Translations under genes and position numbers: made by a program
Shown: positions 33,502 through 42,947 of the stretch, piece by piece
Numbering within the stretch: the first letter of the stretch is position 1
Layout of the letters: the number at the start of each line of letters is the position of its first letter
Assembly: GCA_022448485.1 (NCBI GenBank)
Contig: JAKUUI010000003.1
Span: 3,156-67,155, forward strand
Reading direction: 5' to 3'
Origin: SAR324 cluster bacterium
GTDB taxonomy: Bacteria > SAR324 > NAC60-12
Length of the DNA: 64,000 nt
Notes under the pieces: generated by a model
What the model saw: only the letters and a program-made list of their open reading frames with translations
The model's database searches: none
What the model was told of the DNA's origin: nothing

Positions 33502-34458
33502 ATGCTATTTTCTGCTTACCAAATTGAGTCTTTGTTAGCTGAATTTCAACAGGAATTTTTTCCAGTAGACGAATCCGCCAGCGAAACTCTCAGTCTCTCA
33601 GAAGATGCAATTCAGGACGCACGCCAGTACTTTAGCCCTCCGAAAAATCCCTCTTTAGGCTGGATCTCTCCCAAAGATATTATGGGCTTGGTTGAAGACC
33701 AGACACCTTATGACCCTGTTGTGGATTATGTCCAACAAAGCCGTGCAGGTCGTTTTGTTGTTCCTGCTTATATACCCGAAAATCCTGCACCACCATTTTC
33801 TCTGGTAAGCGACCACACTCAGGTTGACCAGAAAAGTGATGCTGCAGAGCAGGAAACACCAGAAAGTTCCGCACCGGAAGAAGATAGTCTGTTGCACGAA
33901 GTAAGCACTGAAAAAACTGAGGTGGAAGACCAGGTTTCTATTAGTCAGTCTGAAGAAGCGGCTGTTGAAGACACACTGTCTGTAGAACCTGAAGATGATA
34001 GCTTGGAAATGCAAACTGAGCTGGATACGGAAGAGTCCGAAGAGTCTCCAACCGATGAACCAGCAATTTCTATAGCTGCATTATTTGAAGGAATTGATGA
34101 CGAAGGTCTTGATGAGGAAGATGATATTGATGTAGGAGGACTACATGGAGAGATAAATGATGACAATGATGTTGTCTTTGGAGATGGACACATTGATTTA
34201 AAATCCATGAGTATTTTTGTGAGTAAATATCCTGATAGCACCATTAAGTTTTTGTTGCGGAAAAATTTGGACGGTCGATCCTTGCCGGCTGGATACGAAG
34301 AAATTTATACACAATGGGAAAATCGTGGACTGACGCGAGGACGCTTGAAAAAATATTTATTCAAACTAATGGAATGGATAGACTTCCCGGATATCCCCGC
34401 TAATGATGTTGTGACAAAAATCCGCGAGTATCATTTTGAACTGAAGGGAAAATACTGA
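33502..34458 (+). CDS. Hypothetical protein with a highly acidic central region
   Basis: 318 aa. The central ~130 aa are Asp/Glu/Ser-rich (EEDSLLHEVSTEKTEVEDQ...DEEDDIDVGG), and the C-terminal ~90 aa look globular. Confidence 0.55.
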   Translation: MLFSAYQIESLLAEFQQEFFPVDESASETLSLSEDAIQDARQYFSPPKNPSLGWISPKDIMGLVEDQTPYDPVVDYVQQSRAGRFVVPAYIPENPAPPFSLVSDHTQVDQKSDAAEQETPESSAPEEDSLLHEVSTEKTEVEDQVSISQSEEAAVEDTLSVEPEDDSLEMQTELDTEESEESPTDEPAISIAALFEGIDDEGLDEEDDIDVGGLHGEINDDNDVVFGDGHIDLKSMSIFVSKYPDSTIKFLLRKNLDGRSLPAGYEEIYTQWENRGLTRGRLKKYLFKLMEWIDFPDIPANDVVTKIREYHFELKGKY

Positions 34459-34500
34459 TGAAATCAATAAAGTTCAGGCCAATTTCCAAAAAAAGACTGA

Positions 34501-37500
34501 TCAGCGCCCTGTGTTACGAAAGTGATACAGGGTTCCTTCCTCACTCCCGATTATCAGATCCAAGTCCCCATCACTGTCCAAATCAACAAATACCGGATTC
34601 CCACCAACAGGCAATTTTAATTTTTTAAAATATTCTGGAGAAGATTTCCAGGTAAGCAAAGTTGTATTTTCTGGATCAGGCTGAAAACTGAATAATTTCC
34701 CTGAATCAGATCCTACAATCAGGTCTGGCTGATTATTATTATCGAGGTCAGTAATTTTTGGTACAGAACCAAGTCCGACGTCTAAATTTAAATATTTACG
34801 CCTTTCAAGCCGGAAACTAAATCCACTACCGTTTTCTATACTCATAAATTTATGCAATTGACCGATGAAATTTCCTACCAGCAAATCATTACGGCCATCA
34901 CCATTCAGGTCAAGAACAGCTGGAACTGAGTTCCTTCCTCCAGTCACGCCAATAAACGGGGTTGGATTATAGATGAATTCAGCTATTTCAGAACTTCCTT
35001 TATTTTCCCAGTAGTGAATATTTCCATGTTGATTGCCGACCAGCAGATCAAAATCACCATCTCCATCCAAATCAGCAAAAACTGGTGCTGAATTTTTTCC
35101 ACCACGATAATCTAGAAAGTGTTTGCTTTCCAGAATCCATTGTGACTCACTGGAACCTTGTTTTTGCCGGTAATATCTAAGTTCACCAGCATTATTCCCG
35201 ACAATTAAATCAATAATGCTGTCACCGTCTACATCCATAAATGCAGGAAAAGCTCGACGGCCAAGTTCCAAGTTCCCATACCTGTCACTGATAAACTCGA
35301 ATATAGGCTCAATTGGCTCGTCTGCCTCTAGATCTTCTTCAGCAGCAGGTGTTTCAACGGGAATTATAGTGGCATCTGCCTGTACATCTTCATCTTCATC
35401 ATCCTCCAAAGTATTTTCTGTTAGAATAAGAGTACTTTCCTGCTGAGTCTCCACAATTTTTTTTAGACCACCGTTTTTCATGTAGTGCAAATTACCCTGT
35501 TCATCACCCATCAGCAAATCTGTTTTGTTATCTCCGTCAATATCTGCAAAATGCGGTGTGCTGTAGCCGATGGTTTTTATTTTTTGCCACTGAGCAGCCT
35601 CCAGGGTCCATCCACGCAGCACCGGTGACCTTTCTGGGGGCTTATGACTGACCAGACTTAAAAAACCTTCACGGCCGCCAATTACAAGATCTGGATACTC
35701 GTCTTCATTCCATTTCCAAAAAGTTGGTGCAGAGCTGGCTTTCATTTTAATCCCGGAAATACGTGTGTTGCGCAGGACAAAATGCGGTGAGTTTTTGTTT
35801 CCTTGATTCTCATAGTAAATAATCAAACCTTTACTGTTTCCAACAAGCAGATCTAGGTCTTCGTCCCCATCCATATCTTGCAGTAATGGGGTGCTGAAAC
35901 TGCCTACATCAATTTGTGATAAATTCATGTCATGTACAACCCAATCTGGCTCCTTTTCAGTACCGCGGTTGAGTATCCATTCTATTTTTCCGCGCCGATT
36001 TCCGCAGATGATGTCTAAATCTCCATCACCGTCAATATCTGTTAAAACAGGGGAACTGTACTGTCTTCTATCCGTTTCAAGTGCTGGAAATTTTAGCGGA
36101 TACCAGTCTGTCCCTTGATCAGCACGGTTTTCAAAAGCATATATTTCACCAGAGCGGCTGCCGAGAAGAATATCTAGCCGACCATCCTGGTTCCAGTCTC
36201 CGCTCGTCAGGAAGGAGTGGCGGTCATTGCCCACGAGGTTCTCTATCTTGAAAAAGTTTCTGCTGGATAACCAGAGTTGGTTCCGTGTTATAATTCCCAG
36301 AGATTTCAGATTTTCAATTTTTTCATTTTTTTCTGCTGCGTCTGGTTCAATCTCACGCCAAAGATGGAAGAATTCGCCGCCACTGACTGCAGCCTGATTT
36401 GTCAGATCCCCTGTCTTTTCTAGGCCTGCTACATTTCCCTCCTCGGGTTCTTCATCAGTTGCTGTGTTTTCCTGCGTGGAAGTATCTGCCTCATTTGTAT
36501 CATCAGTAACTTCAGCAGAATCAACGATTTCTTCGGAAAAGACATCGATACTTATATCTGGAAGTAAAATATAGGGGTACAACTGCAGCAATTTATTAAT
36601 CTTTGTTCCTTCCGGGACTCCGAATGCAACGCTTAGTGGAATGATACATTCAGGCAACCCCTTTAATTGAAGACATGCTTGTGTGAGGACTTTTTCAAAA
36701 GCAGCTGTTCTGTCAATCTTATGCAACTGAATGGAAGGTATTTTGCGCAGTAGATCAAGAAGAACTTCGTGGTTTTCATAATATATCACTTTTGAAGAAG
36801 AGGTACCCAAAAATAGTTCCGGAAAACTGTCTCGATTCAAATCGTGAAATGTGGGCGCAACGTTGCCTCCGGTGTCAATAAATTGGAAATGTCGGGATTT
36901 TAAGCTCCAGTGCGGTGCAAAGTTGTCTCCGGTATTGAGATAATAATTGATTTTTCCGTTAGATTTTCCAATAACCAGGTCCAGGTCTTTATCTTGATCC
37001 CAATCCACAAATTCAGGAACAGCATCAGCTTGAGGCGAAATGTCAGCAATCACTTCAGGTTGATATTTACAGCGGATATCTGGTGGGTCTGTAACCTCAA
37101 AATGCTGACAAAAAACTGCTTCATCGGTCATTCCGGAATTAAAAAATACGTGAGTTTTTCCGGATCGTGTGCCGACGAATAAATCATATGTGCGGTCACC
37201 GTTTATATCAGCAAAACGTGGAACGCTGTTGCCTCCAAATTTCAATTCCATATAAATTGGAGTTTTACGGAAAAACATGGGGTGAAGCTGGTTACCCCGA
37301 TTTTCGTAGTGAAAAATATGGCCATCCTCAGAGCCAACAAACAAGTCGAAGTCTCCATCAGAGTCGATGTCAACAAACTCTGGAGCAGCATTGTTTCCAA
37401 CATCAAGTACGGTTCGGACGTGTGTGGCATTACTTTGTTCGTCTATGCCTTCATGAATTACCACGAAATTTTCCGTCATCAATTTGAAGAATGGATCTGC

Positions 37501-37797
37501 AATACTGCCTTGATTGAGGAAAAAAGCGATGCGTCCATCTGCCTTGCCCACGTACAGGTCATCGTCACCATCATGATCAATATCAACAAAACGCAGCTGA
37601 CAGCGCGCAAAACTGTTAGTGTAGAGCAGCTTTGTCTCTCCTTTTAGATTTCCGTAAAACTGAGGAATCCATGTGTAAGTTAAAGCAAGCGGATCATCTC
37701 CGGCTACGGCAGTACCGGAAGTTCCCTGACAAAATAACAGTATCAGGTAAAGAATTGAACTGAGCTGGATATTAAATGTATTTGGAGCCTTGAACAT
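34501..37797 (-). CDS. Secreted FG-GAP/VCBS-repeat protein (1098 aa)
   Basis: It has an N-terminal signal-like segment. FG-GAP-type Ca-binding motifs recur many times (DIDHDGDDDLYVG, DIDSDGDFDLFVG, DIDGDGDLDIICG, DLDGDGDFDLLVGN, DLDSDGDLDLIIG). Two acidic linker regions are present. Confidence 0.85.
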   Translation of the reverse strand: MFKAPNTFNIQLSSILYLILLFCQGTSGTAVAGDDPLALTYTWIPQFYGNLKGETKLLYTNSFARCQLRFVDIDHDGDDDLYVGKADGRIAFFLNQGSIADPFFKLMTENFVVIHEGIDEQSNATHVRTVLDVGNNAAPEFVDIDSDGDFDLFVGSEDGHIFHYENRGNQLHPMFFRKTPIYMELKFGGNSVPRFADINGDRTYDLFVGTRSGKTHVFFNSGMTDEAVFCQHFEVTDPPDIRCKYQPEVIADISPQADAVPEFVDWDQDKDLDLVIGKSNGKINYYLNTGDNFAPHWSLKSRHFQFIDTGGNVAPTFHDLNRDSFPELFLGTSSSKVIYYENHEVLLDLLRKIPSIQLHKIDRTAAFEKVLTQACLQLKGLPECIIPLSVAFGVPEGTKINKLLQLYPYILLPDISIDVFSEEIVDSAEVTDDTNEADTSTQENTATDEEPEEGNVAGLEKTGDLTNQAAVSGGEFFHLWREIEPDAAEKNEKIENLKSLGIITRNQLWLSSRNFFKIENLVGNDRHSFLTSGDWNQDGRLDILLGSRSGEIYAFENRADQGTDWYPLKFPALETDRRQYSSPVLTDIDGDGDLDIICGNRRGKIEWILNRGTEKEPDWVVHDMNLSQIDVGSFSTPLLQDMDGDEDLDLLVGNSKGLIIYYENQGNKNSPHFVLRNTRISGIKMKASSAPTFWKWNEDEYPDLVIGGREGFLSLVSHKPPERSPVLRGWTLEAAQWQKIKTIGYSTPHFADIDGDNKTDLLMGDEQGNLHYMKNGGLKKIVETQQESTLILTENTLEDDEDEDVQADATIIPVETPAAEEDLEADEPIEPIFEFISDRYGNLELGRRAFPAFMDVDGDSIIDLIVGNNAGELRYYRQKQGSSESQWILESKHFLDYRGGKNSAPVFADLDGDGDFDLLVGNQHGNIHYWENKGSSEIAEFIYNPTPFIGVTGGRNSVPAVLDLNGDGRNDLLVGNFIGQLHKFMSIENGSGFSFRLERRKYLNLDVGLGSVPKITDLDNNNQPDLIVGSDSGKLFSFQPDPENTTLLTWKSSPEYFKKLKLPVGGNPVFVDLDSDGDLDLIIGSEEGTLYHFRNTGR

Positions 37798-38474
37798 GAA
37801 TCACAAGGATATTCAAAAAAGGATAGGAATAGAGAGAAATTAGAATAATTCGCTAGAGTATTTTGAGTTTTCTAATAATGATTTTTGATGATTTCGTAAA
37901 AGCCATAAACTGCCGTAAATTCGATTTAGCACATGGACAAAGAAACCTGTTAATATATAATGATTGCTAAGTGATCTGTGTGTACATGTGCTGGTTATTT
38001 GTGATCACGGACCTCTTACGACTGCAGTATTAAAGACTGTTTTATTTTCTGCAAAGTTGATTTTGGGAGATGAATCAGGTATAAGTAAAAACGTATATTT
38101 CATAAACGGAATCTATAGTTTCTTGTTCAATATGTCAAATTAAATCTAAGCTGAAGCCTATTGTTGAAAATGGTTTAGCAACCTGTTAATACTTGACTAA
38201 TATGAATCTATTTTTACTAATTGTTTGTTTTGCTGTTGTCATCTGGTCAGCCATTAATCATCTAAAATTCCTCAGTATCAATGTTGAATATTTTCGGGAT
38301 GGTGGGCGTAGATCACTATCTCTTTGGTGGTGACTTAACTCAGTTTACACTAAAGTCTTGTCTGTTTCTCTGCATGGTCGGTAAGGTGATTACTGAAAAA
38401 ATTATATTCTAATCTTAAATACTGTGTCTTTAATTATTGGGTGCGGACTTATCATTATTAATAGGGATTTTATA

Positions 38475-39980
38475 ATGGAACTGAAAATTGTATACAGCAA
38501 TATTCCTCTCACAAACGAAAAACTGGAAGCAGTGGTTGTGTTTGTTACTGAAGACTCGGATCTACTTGGAAGCGGACTAAGAGCTCTTCCGGGTGCTCTA
38601 AAAAAGAATCTGAGTACTTCACTGAAGCTGAGGGTTTTCACAGGCAAAAAGGGTAAAAGCCAGCATTTGTTTTCAGGATATGCAAAAATCCCGCAAATTT
38701 TAGCGGTTGGACTGGGTAAAAAAGATGAACTGGATGCTGAGACACTTAGACGTGCTGCTGGCAAAGCAGGTAAAATGCTGACCGCCCTGAAAGCTAACAC
38801 TGTGGGATTTGTTGTAACTTCACTTCTTCAAGATGCCGTTGAAACAGATGCGGGACTGGTCCTGGCTGAAGGATTAACCTTGGGTGCATATGAGTTCAAT
38901 GCTTATAAAAAAACTGGTGATGAAAAATCTAAATCTAAATCAGTAATAATTCAATGTTGTGACCCAGATAATTTAACTTCATTGAAAGCGTTGAAGGTAG
39001 GAAAAATTCGGGCTGATGGAACAAACCTGGCTCGCAACTTAGGAAACACGCCGGCAAATGATTTGAAACCAAAAGACCTAGCTGCTGAAGCAAAAAAGAT
39101 AGCCAGACAACACAAAATGGAATGCACTGTTTTGGAAGAAAAAGATATGAAAAAGCTCGGCATGGGGATGTTACTTGGTGTGTCTCGCGGTTCAAGAGAA
39201 CCGGCAAAATTGATAATTATGGAGTACAGTCATCAGCAGGCCAAACAAACTATTGCAATAGTTGGAAAAGGCGTAACGTTTGATTCAGGTGGGATTTCAC
39301 TTAAGCCTGGAAAAAATATGGACGAAATGAAGTTTGACATGTGCGGGGCAGCAGCAGTTTTAGGGGCGATGGAGGTCTTTGGACAGGTCAACCCAAAACT
39401 AAACATTATCGCAGTTATACCAACAACAGAAAATCTGCCTGGCGGCGAAGCTCAGCGTCCAGGTGATATAGTTACGGCACATAATGGGAAAAGAGTGGAA
39501 ATCCTCAATACCGACGCAGAAGGCAGACTGATTCTTGGTGACGCACTGAGTTATGTTGTAAAAGAGTTCAAGCCTGATGCAGTTCTAGATCTGGCAACTC
39601 TCACAGGTGCCTGCATAACTGCTTTAGGGCATTTTACAACCGGAGCAATCACTAACAATGATGCCTTAATGGAACAAGTCCGGAATGCAGGGAATATCAG
39701 TGGCGATCTTGTTTGGCAACTGCCGAGCTATCCAGAATACGGTGAATCTATTAAGGGCAAATATGCTGACTTACAAAACATTGGCGGTGGAGATTCCGGA
39801 ACTATTATAGGAGGTCTTTTTTTAGAGCATTTCATTGATAAAACACCTTGGGTCCATCTTGATATTGCAGGAACATCCTGGAACGTAAAACACATTGGTT
39901 ACCAACCAAACAACGGAGCCACAGGTGTTGGCGTGAGACTGCTTGTAGATCTTGTACAAAAATGGAAACCGCTCAGTTAA
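38475..39980 (+). CDS. pepA: Leucyl aminopeptidase (M17)
   Basis: The track start at 38424 is an upstream alternative; ATG 38475 gives MELKIVYSN. M17 signatures VGKGVTFDSGGISLKP and NTDAEGRLILGDAL are present. Confidence 0.92.
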   Translation: MELKIVYSNIPLTNEKLEAVVVFVTEDSDLLGSGLRALPGALKKNLSTSLKLRVFTGKKGKSQHLFSGYAKIPQILAVGLGKKDELDAETLRRAAGKAGKMLTALKANTVGFVVTSLLQDAVETDAGLVLAEGLTLGAYEFNAYKKTGDEKSKSKSVIIQCCDPDNLTSLKALKVGKIRADGTNLARNLGNTPANDLKPKDLAAEAKKIARQHKMECTVLEEKDMKKLGMGMLLGVSRGSREPAKLIIMEYSHQQAKQTIAIVGKGVTFDSGGISLKPGKNMDEMKFDMCGAAAVLGAMEVFGQVNPKLNIIAVIPTTENLPGGEAQRPGDIVTAHNGKRVEILNTDAEGRLILGDALSYVVKEFKPDAVLDLATLTGACITALGHFTTGAITNNDALMEQVRNAGNISGDLVWQLPSYPEYGESIKGKYADLQNIGGGDSGTIIGGLFLEHFIDKTPWVHLDIAGTSWNVKHIGYQPNNGATGVGVRLLVDLVQKWKPLS

Positions 39981-40015
39981 GAACAGAATAAGCACAACTT
40001 GTAGAAAACAGAATC

Positions 40016-41392
40016 ATGACTAATAGTAGAGATACTCAATTTCATAAGCTGGTTAAAAAATTAATCAGCACCGAACGGATTCAGTTGCTGAAAAGCGTGC
40101 TTGAACCGCTTAAACCTATAGAGATTGCCAATATTATACTGCAGTTAAAACTACAGCATCAGTTACTAGTGCTGGAAAATCTGGATAGAGAAACATCTTC
40201 GGAAGTACTTAAAAATTTGCAGGGTTCACCCTCTATTCTTGGTGACATCGTTCAACAAATAAACCCTGACCGTCTGAGTGATGCAATCGAGGACATGCCA
40301 CAAGACGATGCAGCAGACCTTGTCGGTCTTCTGGAGGAAGATAAAGCGGAAGCTTTGCTAGAAAAACTTCCAGAAAAAGATCGTGAAGAACTGACCCAGC
40401 TGCTGCAGTATGATGAAGAAAGTGCCGGTGGATTGATGACGCCCTATGTAGTGGCGATTCGTAAAGACCAAACTGTTGCAGCTGCAGTCAAAGAAATTCA
40501 AAAATTTGTAAAAAAAGAGGGTTTCGAATTATTTTATACTGCCTATGTAGTCGATGAATATGATCACTTGATTGGCACAATAGGTACGACTGAACTGTTA
40601 TTGGCGGAGCGTAACATTTTGATCGAAAATTTGATGAATCCTGAAGTTGTTGCTGTTGACCAAGATTTGGATCAGGAGGAAGTAGCTAGAATTGCGCAGG
40701 AATACGATTTGGTCGTAGTTCCTGTAATAGACAAGCATTTACGATTAATTGGCCGAGTCACATTGGATGATTTGGTGGATGTGATCGTTGATGAATATAA
40801 CGAGGATTTGGGACACATTGCCGGTACAGGTGATGAGGAAGTCAGTGAAAAATCTGTTTTACGTGCATCAGGTGATCGATTGCCATGGCTGCTCGTCGGC
40901 CTGTTCGGAGGATTATTGACTGCGATTGTGATGAGTTATTATGAAAATGCCCTCATTTCGCTTCCGGATGTGATTTATTTCATTCCACTTGTAGCCGCAC
41001 TGGGAGGAAGTATCGGCATCCAGTCATCCTCAATAGTGGTGCGCGGGCTTGCCACTGGTGCAATACAAACCACCGATATTCTAGTTCGTCTCTGGAAAGA
41101 GTTGAGAGTAGGTTTTACGAACGGAATTGTTTGTTCCATCATCCTGGCAGGAATGTCTTGGTACTTGACAAATGATTTGGGGAGAGCCTTTACTTCCGGG
41201 ATATCGCTGCTGGTCGTCGTTTGTTTTGCGGCAATAGTTGGTTCTACAATTCCAATTATACTCAAACGAATGAGTATCGATCCTGCAATAGCAACAGGTC
41301 CGTTTATCACTACAACTAATGATATCGTCGGCATTGCCATTTATCTTGGTCTTGCTTTCAATGTCAGTTTTCCTCCATTTATAAGTTCCTAA
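40016..41392 (+). CDS. mgtE: Magnesium transporter MgtE
   Basis: 458 aa with the N-domain, tandem CBS region and C-terminal five-TM MgtE domain (PLVAALGGSIGIQSSSIVVRGLATG...ATGPFITTTNDIVG). Confidence 0.9.
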   Translation: MTNSRDTQFHKLVKKLISTERIQLLKSVLEPLKPIEIANIILQLKLQHQLLVLENLDRETSSEVLKNLQGSPSILGDIVQQINPDRLSDAIEDMPQDDAADLVGLLEEDKAEALLEKLPEKDREELTQLLQYDEESAGGLMTPYVVAIRKDQTVAAAVKEIQKFVKKEGFELFYTAYVVDEYDHLIGTIGTTELLLAERNILIENLMNPEVVAVDQDLDQEEVARIAQEYDLVVVPVIDKHLRLIGRVTLDDLVDVIVDEYNEDLGHIAGTGDEEVSEKSVLRASGDRLPWLLVGLFGGLLTAIVMSYYENALISLPDVIYFIPLVAALGGSIGIQSSSIVVRGLATGAIQTTDILVRLWKELRVGFTNGIVCSIILAGMSWYLTNDLGRAFTSGISLLVVVCFAAIVGSTIPIILKRMSIDPAIATGPFITTTNDIVGIAIYLGLAFNVSFPPFISS

Positions 41393-41399
41393 TTTCCAG

Positions 41400-42404
41400 A
41401 TGCCTTTTCGCGATATTTACGGACAAGAGCATGCAATAGACCTGCTGAACGAGGCCATTCACAGAGACAGGATGCCGCATGCATGGTTGTTCACTGGGCA
41501 GTCAAATATTGGAAAATTCAAAACAGCAGTTGCAGTTGCGCAAAAGCTTAATTGTAGAAAATCTGGAGAAGATGCTTGCGGAAAGTGTGATTTTTGCCTG
41601 CAAATTGCGGCTCAGAGTTTTCCTGATTACCAGGTGCTGATACCTGACGGCAAGCTTATTAAAATAGATCAAATCCGTAATTCGTTGAATTGGCTCTATC
41701 TCCATCCGGATCAGGCAAAAAAGCGCGTGATGATTCTTGATGGAGCACAGTATTTGGGACGGGAAGCAGCCAATGCTTTTTTGAAAACCTTGGAGGAACC
41801 TGCGCCGCATACTTTGCTTATTTTAATTGCAGAATCAACGCAACAGCTGTTGGAAACGATTGTATCACGTTGTCATCAAATACGCTTTCGACCTTTGTCT
41901 GTGGAAATTTCTGAACGCATTTTGCGTGAGACCACAGATCTGACAGATGATCGGATTCAACTGTTGAGTGCATTCGGCATGGGAAGTGTGAGCGGAAATC
42001 TTGTCGCAAGTTTTGAACTGATGCAAATTGTGCAGAATACGGCTATTCGTTGGCTAACCACTTTTTCTCCGAAAACACTGGAAGAAATGCTCAGAACGTG
42101 CGAAATGTGGGGTAAATCAAAAAACGAAGAATGGCGTTTGCTGCTTGATTTTCTTGAAACTTGGTTTCGTGATTTAACTTGGCTTCTACACGGTCTCCCG
42201 GAAGAAAATTTAATTAACCGGACAGCAAATTCTGAGGAAAGCCGCATTTCGGCATTGAGGAATTGTGGAGAGTATTTTAATCTCCAGCAAATTTACGAGA
42301 TATTCGGTCGAATAACAGAATTACGTAGAGCTATTGATCTAAACGCAAATAAGTCTCTGGCCATAGAATCACTGTGTTTGCACCTGTACCGTACGGCAGC
42401 ATGA
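41400..42404 (+). CDS. holB: DNA polymerase III subunit delta'
   Basis: 334 aa with HAWLFTGQSNIGKF, a zinc-module-like CGKCDFC, and AANAFLKTLEEP...SRC. Confidence 0.85.
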   Translation: MPFRDIYGQEHAIDLLNEAIHRDRMPHAWLFTGQSNIGKFKTAVAVAQKLNCRKSGEDACGKCDFCLQIAAQSFPDYQVLIPDGKLIKIDQIRNSLNWLYLHPDQAKKRVMILDGAQYLGREAANAFLKTLEEPAPHTLLILIAESTQQLLETIVSRCHQIRFRPLSVEISERILRETTDLTDDRIQLLSAFGMGSVSGNLVASFELMQIVQNTAIRWLTTFSPKTLEEMLRTCEMWGKSKNEEWRLLLDFLETWFRDLTWLLHGLPEENLINRTANSEESRISALRNCGEYFNLQQIYEIFGRITELRRAIDLNANKSLAIESLCLHLYRTAA

Positions 42405-42913
42405 ATTTTGAAGTAAGAATTTTGGACCCATTGATGGCTGCAAAGAGGATATTTATAATTCTGGTTATTATGTTTTGTTGGTTGAACTTTTTTTCAGTTC
42501 TTCCTGCAGCAAATACACGTCAGCCAACACCTGCGGAACTGGATGCTATCCGCAAAGAAACCTTGGTTGTCTTTCAGGACTTTCTTCAGTTGTGGCAGGA
42601 AGAACGTTATTTTGAGCTGTATAAATACGGGAAAAAACACTCCAGAGATCAAATTACTATAGAGGAATTTGCGACTCGGATGGTTGAGTTGGACTGGGTC
42701 CCAGTTGGATTACTCTCGGAGAAAAAGCCTGAGATATCATATCATTACCGGACATTAATTTATGTGAATGCTGCCATTGTTTTTCGGCACAAAAGTTTTT
42801 TTGATTTGCAGCTCACCAAGCAGCAATCATTTCTGTTGCTGAAGGAAGCAGGGAAATGGCGTTTTGATTTGCTTCAGATGATTCGGTCTCCTTTCTATTC
42901 GCCGCAAAACTAG
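42401..42913 (+). CDS. Hypothetical membrane-anchored or secreted protein (170 aa)
   Basis: ATG 42401 overlaps the holB stop (ATGA). An N-terminal hydrophobic segment is present (IFIILVIMFCWLNFFSVLPA). The stop codon is TAG. Confidence 0.55.
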   Translation: MNFEVRILDPLMAAKRIFIILVIMFCWLNFFSVLPAANTRQPTPAELDAIRKETLVVFQDFLQLWQEERYFELYKYGKKHSRDQITIEEFATRMVELDWVPVGLLSEKKPEISYHYRTLIYVNAAIVFRHKSFFDLQLTKQQSFLLLKEAGKWRFDLLQMIRSPFYSPQN

Positions 42914-42947
42914 ACAGATTTTAATTCACTAACTGCCTGAAATAGCA

